Source of the DNA: Ostrea edulis
Lineage: Eukaryota
DNA: 64,000 nucleotides
Reading direction: 5' to 3'
Assembly (NCBI RefSeq): GCF_947568905.1
Contig: NC_079169.1
Location: 87,792,001-87,856,000, forward strand
The notes under the pieces are model-generated. The model was not told the origin of the DNA. It saw only the letters and a program-made list of their open reading frames with translations, and made no database searches. This document shows positions 1-12,800 of the stretch, piece by piece. Both the position numbers and the translations under genes were made by a program. Each line of letters opens with the position of its first letter. The stretch's first letter is position 1.

Positions 1-785
1 TTCTGTACAAGTTGCGGATTTGAATTATTACAAACATGTTGTTCAAGATACTTGTGTATTCAAAATCAGATGAGCTGAAAATTGGTAATCATTAAATGTG
101 CACCTTTTTTTTTCTCACTCCCTCTCCTTTAGAAATATGTATATTCATGGTTTACTGCTGCATTGTAGTAGTCACATCAAACTCAAGACACTTCATTAAT
201 AAGAAGAGGAATTTTATGTTTCATTGCACATTGTGGTCATTGAAGGTTTTTATGCCCATGGGATGGAGGAGGGGGTGTTTATTTCATCTTTGGGTCTTTT
301 ATTTCTGTCTCTTGGACTGTCCACTACTTTAATCATTGTCATAACTTTTGCAGAAGATAGAAATTTCATTCTTTGTCAACGGATAGGTCAAGGTCAAAAC
401 TGTGACTGATAGTGGTAGAGGTCAGGGTAATTTATCAGAGTCAGGGTCAAATTCACAAGTTGAACATGGCCCTGCTTGTGTAGGGTTGTAGAGTTTCTTA
501 CTGTCTTAGGCAAAATTAGCAATCTATGATTTCATGTGCCAAGAAAACTGCTTTTATATCCTCTTGGATATACAAATGGAAGTGAAAAAGTTATTCCCTG
601 AATGCAGAAGGTGATTGGAGCATGACTGTTTTCTGTTGTTTTGTTATTGGAACATATAATGGTGTGATCTAAAAACATTTCTTTGAATTGTTTAAGATTG
701 ATTATGCACATTTGATACATTTCTTTTTGTTATAACTTTACCACATTCCTTGAGAGCTGAGCTAATATGTCTTTCTTTCTTACAG

Positions 786-843
786 ACGTTTGCATTTGAC
801 AACTGTTTTTGGTCGGTGGATGATACAAATCCGAAGTTTGCAG
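786..843 (+). CDS. KIF13: KIF13 exon ([20 protein letters not shown])
   Basis: ttacag acceptor, gtatac donor, 58 nt, ends in phase 1. Confidence 0.9.
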
Positions 844-3800
844 GTATACTGAGAGTCCTTATAGATTACTGAATGTACGACCATTTTATCTATTAGCTGC
901 TAAACAGAATCAGGGTTTACAAAGTCGTCTTTAATTCTTGTGAATTGTGTAGCTTACTGGAGTTCATGTGAGCTTTTCTCATCCAAGTTTGTTGTTTTTC
1001 TGTCTGTAAGTTTTTAAAGTTTTCAATTTTGTTCATTATCTGTAGAACCACACTGCTGATATTAAAGTTCACAAATTATAATTTATTATTGTAACAATGT
1101 AAACAGTAGTTTTATCAATGACAGGCAATTACTTTGAAAGAAGACATCAATATTTGTGGGGATTTAACAATTTTAAGTCCTCCACAATCAAGACATGGTC
1201 AAATGAACATCAATTTAAAATGTATCATCACTTCTACTATGAAATGAACATCAATTTGAAATGTAACAACACTTCTACTATGAAATGAACATCCTTTTTT
1301 CTCCCAAACTATAAAAATCGGACTGATTTTTACTACGGATATCTCCGTTTACCTGATCAAGATATAGGGCTCATGGCTGGTGTGATTGGTTGACAGGGGA
1401 TGCTTAGTCCTCTGGTATATCCAGGGGTCCGTGTTTGCCAAACTCTCTATTTTCTATTGCTTATAGGAGTTATGAGATTGTTCACTGTTCGTTATCTTAA
1501 CCTTTCATTCTGACAACTCCATGGAGTCTTTTTTTCTTTAGTGCAACTGTCCACTGGAATGGTGGATGTGAATCACACTCACGAATTTATTTAAGAAATA
1601 AATTTCAGTTTTGAAGATACATGTACTTGAGGGCACAAATTGCTAAGCTTTACACCAGAATATCATGAAGCGCTAACATATGCTTTATGAAGTATGCTGG
1701 CATGAAATTTGTAGTTTATACACTCGTGTATTTTCAAAAATGAAATTTATTTTTTATAATTACATGTGGACATGTGTACATTCTACTTTCATTTCTGTCG
1801 GAATTCCCAGCCATTAAAATAGACGTACTATATTTATCAAGATTCATACGTGCATTGTTCACAACTGCAGTGCATTCATGAGGAAATGGCCATCTTCACA
1901 ATTTACAGAGATATCAAAGGCAAAAACATTGGAAATGTAAATACGTAATTAGTTGAAATACCTCAGGGCATGAACTATGGTGCTTCATGCCAGCATACTC
2001 TATGAAGTGCATTAGTTCATCATGAAATGTATGTCGGGGTGAAGTGTTGCAATTCCTACCCTTGTGTATTTTCAAAACTAAACTGAAGTTTATTTTTTAT
2101 ATTTACATTCTGTTTTCATTTCTGTCAGAATCTCCAGCCATTAGCATAAATGTACTCCATTAAGATTCATACGTGCATTGTTCACAACTGCATCCCATTC
2201 CTGAGGAAATGGCTATCATTACAAATGGTAAAGATTCAAAAACATATGACATGTAAATATTTTGCTGAAATCTAGAAAATTGCCATTGTTTATCAACATC
2301 TCTTACTTTTAGGTTATTTTTCTTTTAGTGTCTTTTAAAGACTTGAAGCATATGCCAAAATTCTAACGAATAAGGGCTACTTAAGTTATTTTTCTCCAAT
2401 GCCAACTTTTTAACTTGAATATCAAAACCTATTTTCAGTGACCTTGACCTATGGTAATTCTGGAGACTGAACCAATCGGAAATTGGGAGTTGATCAAAGT
2501 GCCAAATTTGATTAACTCCTTAGTAAGGTTTGCTGAAATGCAATGCAATAGGAATGAAACTTTAGACAAAAATCATTCAGGAAAATATTTAGATCATGTG
2601 ATCAGTCAACATTAACATTAATCAAGTAAAAATCAAAATTTTTGTAAATTCCTATGGTGGATTATTTTATTTGATGAACCCTTCAAAATGATACTATGAT
2701 TACAAAAATCACACCATCCATTTATTAGATAGGAAATATGATCATGATACATTGAATACCTTAAAATATGTGAATTCCCTGGAGGAGTACGCAATGAATT
2801 CCATGTTAAAGTACGCACAAAAGTAGGCACGTTGAGAAAATGCAGGTGTCTGATCTTTTGACTACAGTACTCTCTGTGTACAACAAAATCAGCTACATGT
2901 ACAACCATTTCTCTTCTTATTCCTTAAGGAGGTACTCTACATCATCATAATGGCTGACTTTCTTATAAAACATGAATGAAAATATAAATATCAGTAATAT
3001 TTGTCTATTCATATCTAAAATCATTGCCTAGCTGAGTTGCTCAGTAGGTTAGCACATCGACTGCTGAACTGTAGATCACGGGTTCGAGTTCAGCAGGGAT
3101 TTAAAAAAAAAAATTCAGATTGCTTTCTACTAAAACTGCATTTTTTTGACTAAATAAAGTAAATTTGAAAGTTTTCAATTTCAAAATATTGTTGTACATA
3201 TCGCTAGTCCACTTTTCATCCGTATCAAATTTCTCTGGTGTACCATTCCTCCTTAATCAAAATGAGGGTTCCACTTCAAACAAAGTAAAATCTGAGGCCC
3301 ACTTGTACAGAAATTTCCATCAAATACATGGATAGTGAAATCTGTTTTCACCACATTTGATCACAAATTTTGTCCACATACTTGGAATCCCCAAGTGACA
3401 GTGTTTATAGACATCCAAGCAGCACCAGATCAGTCTAATTAAAGCTGTGCAATAGAGTTCCAGCTGTTTTTACAACACCACTTCATTCCTTCCAAGTATA
3501 TAGGGTCTGTAAAAGAGAAGACCATAATTTAGAACACGAAAGTTAAAAGGATCAACAATTTTCAATTGTTAAAGGAATAAAATACCATCTAAGCAGAATT
3601 TTTAATGAGGATTTGATTTTGGCAATATTTTTGAGAGTGATGATATTTCTACAATTGAAAATTGCGAACAATTTATTCCTTATTGTAGGTAATAGTTATC
3701 TTTGTTGGAATTATAAAGTCGCTAGAGTTAGCTCTCGCTAAATACATGTATATTTACCTATTTTTATGGAAAAATCGCTATAGTATGTGTCTTGCTAAAA

Positions 3801-6800
3801 ATCCCACTTATAGGGCAATTAAAAGGTATGCAACAGTTTGTTGCTTGTTGACTATAATAATTGTGTTAACTCAAGAATTTGTAAAGGATTATGAAGGGCT
3901 AATCTCTTTGTCTAATCCCCTTGTCTGTGATGTCACAGTTAAGAATGATAATAATTATGATGCTTTAGAATATGAAGTATTTGATACCAGAAAATAGCAT
4001 GTTTAAAAATATGGAGAATTAATTTAAAAAGAAACTAGATGCTCTCTTGATCCCATGATGTGATCCCATATACAAAGGTTCGTAAATTTCTAATGAATAA
4101 ATTAATTTTATTCATCTCAGACTCCTGAAATATCAGACAGGGCTTGCTGTATGTTTAACAAAGTAATAAAGGATTAATCAGAGAAACAGCTCGAACATCA
4201 TTATTTCGATATCAATGCTGAGAATTGATGGACGATGGTATCATCAACACAGTTCACTGTGAAACTAAGAAGCATCTCATTGATGACAAAGATGCTGCTG
4301 AGGTTGGTCATGACATGAACATCAACTCTATTTTTGCATCTCCTACGATAAATGCCATTTGCACAATTATCGACATTTTTTTAAAGATTACATTGACCTC
4401 AAATATGTCAATTATTATTTTATTAAATGACTGAATTATTCAAAACATTGAAACTGGGACTAGAGCCTACGAAAATACAAACAAACATTCTGAAAGTATT
4501 GCATAAGCAATACATGTCCACTACCGACGCCCCCATGAATTGACCACTGTTCTTAATATTCAAGAGAATATATGTTTGGTGTTGTTTGACCCATAGGCAA
4601 TTGCATCGCTTGGGGTCGAATTTACTATATACTCTTTATATAGTAAATTCGACCCCAAGCGATGCAATTGCCTGTGGTTTGACCTTGAACTGTGACCTGA
4701 TACACAGGTACCATGTTTACCAGTGTCGAATTAATTTAATGTTACGTTGTTCATTCAGTTGATGCATGTAGTTTTAATCAGGGATGAAATAGTAGTCTGC
4801 ACAAAATATGTGGGGGAATATTTAAATAATCGAGCAAATGGAACACATAACAACACATTGATATAACATTCATATCTGTATATTAATTATATATACTTAA
4901 AAAAGGACTTCAAAATAGGCCTACTTCTTACTATCAACTGTTTGAAACCCCACGACTGGAGGAATACAGTAAATTGAGAACTGCCGACGCATCAGAATTC
5001 ACTCACCGACTACACAAAAACACTCACATAATTAACTGAATTGGTATATATTTTCATTGAAGGCCCACAACTGCAGGAATATGGTAAATTGAGAACTGCA
5101 TACACATCAGAATTCACTCACTGACTACACAAAGATACTCTCATGATTAACAGATTTGATATATATATATATATATATATATATTCATTGATATGTTTCT
5201 TTTATGATTAATGAGTTTGAAATATCAAATTAATGAAGTATCTTTTTTACAAAATCAGAGATCAAGGCTCGTTGACTACCTCTATTCAGACATCCTACCT
5301 TTACCGCATTCCCATCAGAACACAATTATCCTGATGAATAAAAAAATGTAAAATATAAAAATTGATTTCTTTAAAACTATTTCATCAAACATTTTGAAAT
5401 TCAAACTTGATCTGTAGTTCGCAAGTTTCAAGTGAATCCACACACTCCAAGCATAACGGAAAAAAAAGTCTGGAAAACCAAAATGGGACAGACTGACAGA
5501 CAGAGGGACAGATGGAGAAGAAAGCTATAGTCCCCTTTGGTTTTACAAACTGGTACAGGACTAATAGAGTGTAAAGTCTAGTTGAAAGTTATTAGAAACA
5601 TGATCTTTTGTTTTTGTTTTGTTTATTATATAATTAAATAATTCAAAACATCAAAGCAGGCTACTACAGCTTACCAAATAATGCCTGATTGGTCATCTTT
5701 AGATGAGGTGCAATGTTGCTATAATTCAACATTTGTTAACAAAAACATAACAATTTACTGCATCAAATTGGGGTCCAATGTGGGAAAAACCGAATGTCAT
5801 ACTCGCCTTGAAGGCACGTGGAGGTGAAAATATAATGATCTAAATTTTTTTGTAGTTTGTTGGATCTCAGCCGGTCAGAAAACTTGGAATTATTCAGTCA
5901 TATAACAAAATGAATTATTCCCAGGTCCCCCAATGTAAATGGAGTCCACTGTATTAAAGAACAGCAGTTAGATGCTTCACTTTATATTTGTAAATTTACC
6001 AGTGGGATATCACAGGAGTCCGGTTCGTCTCGTCATCGCAATACTATAAGCGTTGTCTCCAGTAAACACAGTTCATACCAATCAATACATGCATGTCATA
6101 TTTTATCAATCACAATCTTTTGGTTTTGACTGAAAACCTTTGACTTTCATTTAATTTCATTGGATTTGAGTTTGAACTGGGGACCTCTCTTTAACATACG
6201 TGTGGCCTTAATATGAGGTCCAAAGTGTATCAGGTTCATAACTCAGTAGCAACAAAATGACAAAGGTGATCATTGTGATCTATGAGCCTATTGACCTCAA
6301 CAGTTAGTCTGGGAAGAATTTCGGTGTTGTAACATGCACAGTATTTCAAATACAGGTCAGATTTCATGGATGGAATATTTCATTTTCAATTCAAAATATG
6401 TAAAAAGATTTTAAATGATAGTCTATCTTGCAGTGATTATTTAGCCATACAACAGTTTATAAGTTCTGTATTTAGGTAGCCATATAACAGTTTATAACTG
6501 TAGTTAAGTAGACCAGAACTGATAGAATACAACATATGTATCTAATGCAGTGTTTAATCAACCATCTCCAGCAACAACGACCCACGTCTTTAAAATTAGT
6601 GTACCATATTCATGAATGAACAAGATTTACAACACGTGAAGAATTTGATTAAGGAAAATTGAGGGAATGTCTCAGAAATAGATTATCAAGATTCAGGGAA
6701 TGAGATTTAAAGTTTTGACATTTTCCATTAGATATTTTTGAAGTACAGGAATTGACGAAGACCAGTCTCTTATATCAGATGTATAATCTATTGTAATTAA

Positions 6801-9800
6801 GTTTTCTGTGTGAGCATTTCAAATTTGCAAATTATCGGTGGAAATAGAGATTGCACAAATTGTATTGATATCTTTTATATGGAAATGCTGAAATTATCAG
6901 ATTAATATGTACATGTAATGAAATTTATTGGATATTGTAATTTCCTGCCAGTTAATATGTTTTACCTCATGAGAACAAGCGATGAATATCAGAGCGGAGA
7001 TAAAAACGTAACGGGGATGGTAATTACTGAGTTTACGAAGGACAGTGCGTGACGCCTGTTCAATTTCCAAATGAGTTCCGATAGATTCCTGGGAATGTCT
7101 TCTTTTCATGAAAAGATTAACTTTCAGCTGTATTTCTTTATTTAAATGATAATTAGAATTGAAGTTTATTGGTGTGTTGTTACATTTTCGGTGATCTTTG
7201 TTTTTTTTTGAAAGTACACAATTCTGTTATAGAGTACAGTGGTAGCTCATCAGGCACCAGATGTTAAACATCTCGCAATGTATGTTGCATAATGAAAGAA
7301 ACCAGCAATGTCTGTTGAAAAGCTATGATTTGAATTAGTGATAGTCAAAATTGACTATATGTGCAAAATTTTCCCTCAGAAAATATCAAGGTATATATAT
7401 GTGGTTAACAAATATTTACACAATGGAGCAAAGAATATCAACAAATCTTCTACAATAAAATTTTACCCCTTGCTTTACATGGTCTCAGACAGTATTGTGT
7501 AATACAGTCATTTCTTGCTTAAAGGACTGTAAAGATGACATTTTCTCCAAACAAACAGTCAGAGTAGTGATTGTTAATTTGTGATTGATATTAGCATTGA
7601 AAATAAAGAGCCATTTCCCTGACAGACTCTGCAGAGACGCAATTTGTTTCTGTGACCAAGGCTATACTCTATTAAAGATCAACTCTGCAGTTCACATATA
7701 TATCTTTCCATTTGCAGGAGAATGAAAAATGGCTGACTGTCAGAAATGATAGCCTAGTTTTCCCTGCTTAATGTTCGTCACAGGACAGATAGTAATGCAT
7801 TATGCAATATTTTAGCCATTACCAGGCAACCTATAAAATTTTTTACAGACTCTCTGTTCATTGATCGTATTATAGGACTGTAAATTAATGCTGCTGTTTT
7901 TCAGGTCAAGAGCATGTCTTCAACAGCGTGGGTAAGGATCTGCTGGAGAAGGCGTTTGAAGGGTACAATGGCTGCATCTTTGCTTATGGACAGACAGGTG
8001 AAAAATATTGATCATGAAGGTTTAATACCAAAGGGGTATTGTTAATGAAGAAATTAATTGTTCCTAGCATGTTTACCTGGGTTGTGTTCTATCGTACTGC
8101 TATGAATATAAAGTATAAATCATCCTACCGTATTTTTCCTAATAAATGATCCACAACTTGGCCTGGGGCACTCTTTAGGACCTTTCCTGTATTGGTTTTC
8201 AAAAACTGCATGAGGATGGGGAGACATGGAATCTTTTCACAGAATTACATCGAATGATTGCTTGTATGTTGTTTAACATTCCTCTCGAAATTAGATATAT
8301 AAAATGAGAACATACTGTGTGCTGATAGAGTCGGTATGTCAGTACTGTTGGGGCACACTTCGTGCTGTTGAAAGCAGTAGTGCTATGGTTAGTACATGCT
8401 GTGCACTATTAAAGTCGTTACATGATTGGTTGAAAATTGGGGACAGTAAGATAATGAGTTGTATTGTGAGGATCTCTGGGGAGAGCAAGTCATTAGAATT
8501 TTTAGAGGGAATACGGTACATGCTGAATAGAGTGTAATAAGAAATAATTCCATTACAGACTGAGATAAATAATTCACACCACTTTTATTATAGAAGGTCA
8601 AATGCAGCCATAAGCAACTCTCTAAGGAAATACTGAGTTTGCTGGCAGTTACGCATGCCAAACTTTCATGATTTGTCGGCAAGAAAATCTTATAAAAGTT
8701 CTTGATCAGTCGTTAAGATGTCTCAATGCAATTTTCTAGGAATTATCTATGGAAATTGAAGATTGATAAATTTTTTCGATAAACATATATTACAGTTTAT
8801 GGTAGATGTTATTATGTCTTATGACAGGAAGGATGAAATGTTTCTGATGATTTTTTATTTCATTTTTGACAATTCAGTTTGTGACAGGGACAATTCTTAC
8901 ATTAAGTTATAATGACAACATTTGTGATGTTAGATTACTTTCGAACATGTGCTATTTGCATTAAGAGAGGCGTGGACATTGTTGTAGGTGTAGATGTACT
9001 ATTTGCATTAGGAGAGGCGTGGACATTGTTGTAGGTGTAGATGTACTATTTGCATTAGGAGAGGCGTGGACATTGTTGTAGGTGTAGATGTACTATTTGC
9101 ATTAGGAGAGGCGTGGACATTGTTGTAGATGTGCTATTTGCATTAGGAGAGGTGTGGACATTGTTGTAGGTGTAGATGTACTATTTGCATTAGGAGAGGC
9201 GTGGACATTGTTGTAGATGTACTATTTACATTAGGAGAGGTGTGGACATTGTTGTAGATGTACTATTTACATTAGGAGAGGTGTGGACATTGTTGTAGAT
9301 GTACTATTTACATTAGGAGAGGTGTGGACATTGTTGTAGGTGTAGATGTACTATTTACATTAGGAGAGGCGTGGACATTGTTGTAGATGTACTATTTACA
9401 TTAGGAGAAGCGTGGACATTGTTGTAGATGTACTATTTGCATTAGGAGAGGCGTGGACATTGTTGTAGATGTACTATTTACATTAGGAGAGGCGTGGACA
9501 TTGTTGTAGGTGTAGATGTACTATTTGCATTAGGAGAGACGTGGACATTGTTGTAGATGTAGTATTTACATTAGGAGAGGCGTGGACATTGTTGTAGGTG
9601 TAGATATACTATTTGCATTAGGAGAGGCGTGGACATTGTTGTAGATGTAGTATTTACATTAGGAGAGGCGTGGACATTGTTGTAGATGTAGTATTTGCAT
9701 TAGGAGAGGTGTGGACATTGTTGTAGATGTACTATTTACATTAGGAGAGGCGTGGACATTGTTGTAGATGTAGTATTTGCATTAGGAGAGGTGTGGACAT

Positions 9801-12800
9801 TGTTGTAGATGTAGTATTTACATTAGGAGAGGTGTGGACATTGTTGTAGATGTAGTATTTACATTAGGAGAGGCGTGGACATTGTTGTAGATGTACTATT
9901 TGCATTAGGAGAGGCGTGGACATTGTTGTAGATGTAGTATTTACATTAGGAGAGGTGTGGACATTGTTGTAGATGTACTATTTGCATTAGGAGAGGTGTG
10001 GACATTGTTGTAGATGTACTATTTGCATTAGGAGAGGCGTGGACATTGTTGTAGATGTAGTATTTACATTAGGAGAGGTGTGGACATTGTTGTAGATGTA
10101 CTATTTGCATTAGGAGAGGTGTGGACATTGTTGTAGATGTAGTATTTACATTAGGAGAGGCGTGGACATTGTTGTAGATGTACTATTTGCATTAGGAAAG
10201 GCGTGGACATTGTTGTAGATGTGCTATTTACATTAGGAGAGGCGTGGACATTGTTGTAGATGTAGTATTTGCATTAGGAGAGGTGTGGACATTGTTGTAG
10301 ATGTACTATTTACATTAGGAGAGGTGTGGACATTGTTGTAGATGTACTATTTACATTAGGAGAGGCGTGGACATTGTTGTAGATGTACTATTTACATTAG
10401 GAGAGGTGTGGACATTGTTGTAGGTGTAGATGTACTATTTGCATTAGGAGAGGCGTGGACATTGTTGTAGATGTACTATTTACATTAGGAGAGGCATGGA
10501 CATTGTTGTAGGTGTAGATGTACTATTTGCATTAGGAGAGGCGTGGACATTGTTGTAGGTGTAGATGTACTATTTGCATTAGGAGAGGCGTGGACATTGT
10601 TGTAGATGTAGTATTTGCATTAGGAGAGGTGTGGACATTGTTGTAGATGTACTATTTACATTAGGAGGGGTGTGGACATTGTTGTAGATGTAGTATTTGC
10701 ATTAGGAGAGGTGTGGACATTGTTGTAGATGTACTATTTGCATTAGGAGAGGCGTGGACATTGTTGTAGGTGTAGATGTACTATTTACATTAGAAGAGGT
10801 GTGGACATTGTTGTAGGTGTAGATGTACTATTTACATTAGGAGAGGCGTGGACATTGTTGTAGATGTACTATTTACATTAGGAGAGGTGTGGACATTGTT
10901 GTAGGTGTAGATGTACTATTTGCATTAGGAGAGGCGTGGACATTGTTGTAGATGTACTATTTACATTAGGAGAGGTGTGGACATTGTTGTAGGTGTAGAT
11001 GTACTATTTGCATTAGGAGAGGCGTGGACATTGTTGTAGATGTACTATTTACATTAGGAGAGGCATGGACATTGTTGTAGGTGTAGATGTACTATTTGCA
11101 TTAGGAGAGGCGTGGACATTGTTGTAGGTGTAGATGTACTATTTGCATTAGGAGAGGCGTGGACATTGTTGTAGATGTAGTATTTGCATTAGGAGAGGTG
11201 TGGACATTGTTGTAGATGTACTATTTACATTAGGAGGGGTGTGGACATTGTTGTAGATGTAGTATTTGCATTAGGAGAGGTGTGGACATTGTTGTAGATG
11301 TACTATTTGCATTAGGAGAGGCGTGGACATTGTTGTAGATGTGCTATTTACATTAGGAGAGGCGTGGACATTGTTGTAGATGTAGTATTTGCATTAGGAG
11401 AGGTGTGGACATTGTTGTAGATGTACTATTTACATTAGGAGAGGCGTGGACATTGTTGTAGATGTAGTATTTACATTAGGAGAGGCGTGGACATTGTTGT
11501 AGATGTACTATTTACATTAGGAGAGGCGTGGACATTGTTGTAGATGTGCTATTTACATTAGGAGAGGCGTGGACATTGTTGTAGATGTAGTATTTGCATT
11601 AGGAGAGGTGTGGACATTGTTGTAGATGTACTATTTACATTAGGAGAGGTGTGGACATTGTTGTAAATGTACTATTTACATTAGGAGAGGCGTGGACATT
11701 GTTGTAGATGTACTATTTACATTAGGAGAGGTGTGGACATTGTTGTAGGTGTAGATGTACTATTTGCATTAGGAGAGGCGTGGACATTGTTGTAGATGTA
11801 CTATTTACATTAGGAGAGGCATGGACATTGTTGTAGGTGTAGATGTACTATTTGCATTAGGAGAGGCGTGGACATTGTTGTAGGTGTAGATGTACTATTT
11901 GCATTAGGAGAGGCGTGGACATTGTTGTAGATGTAATATTTGCATTAGGAGAGGTGTGGACATTGTTGTAGATGTACTATTTACATTAGGAGGGGTGTGG
12001 ACATTGTTGTAGATGTAGTATTTGCATTAGGAGAGGTGTGGCCATTGTTGTAGATGTACTATTTGCATTAGGAGAGGCGTGGACATTGTTGTAGATGTGC
12101 TATTTACATTAGGAGAGGCGTGGACATTGTTGTAGATGTAGTATTTGCATTAGGAGAGGTGTGGACATTGTTGTAGATGTACTATTTACATTAGGAGAGG
12201 CGTGGACATTGTTGTAGATGTAGTATTTACATTAGGAGAGGCGTGGACATTGTTGTAGATGTAGTATTTGCATTAGGAGAGGCGTGGACATTGTTGTAGA
12301 TGTAGATGTACTATTTGCACTAGGAGAGGTGTGGACATTGTTGTAGGTGTAGATGTACTATTTACATTAGGAGAGGCGTGGACATTGTTGTAGATGTAGT
12401 ATTTACATTAGGCGAGGCGTGGACATTGTTGTAGGTGTAGATGTACTATTTACATTAGGAGAGGCGTGGACATTGTTGTAGATGTAGTATTTACATTAGG
12501 AGAGGCGTGGACATTGTTGTAGATGTACTATTTACATTTGGAGAGGCGTGGACATTGTTGTAGATGTAGTATTTGCATTAGGAGAGGCGTGGACATTGTT
12601 GTAGATGTGCTATTTACATTAGGAGAGGTGTGGACATTGTTGTAGGTGTAGATGTACTATTTGCATTAGGAGAGGTGTGGACATTGTTGTAGGTGTAGAT
12701 GTACTATTTGCATTAGGAGAGGCATGGACATCGTTGTAGATGTACTATTTACATTAGGAGAGGCGTGGACATTGTTGTAGATGTAGTATTTGCATTAGGA

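Noticed and set aside
1-785. Upstream KIF13 exons including a possible micro-exon
   Set aside because: No convincing match; a very short exon cannot be identified by eye
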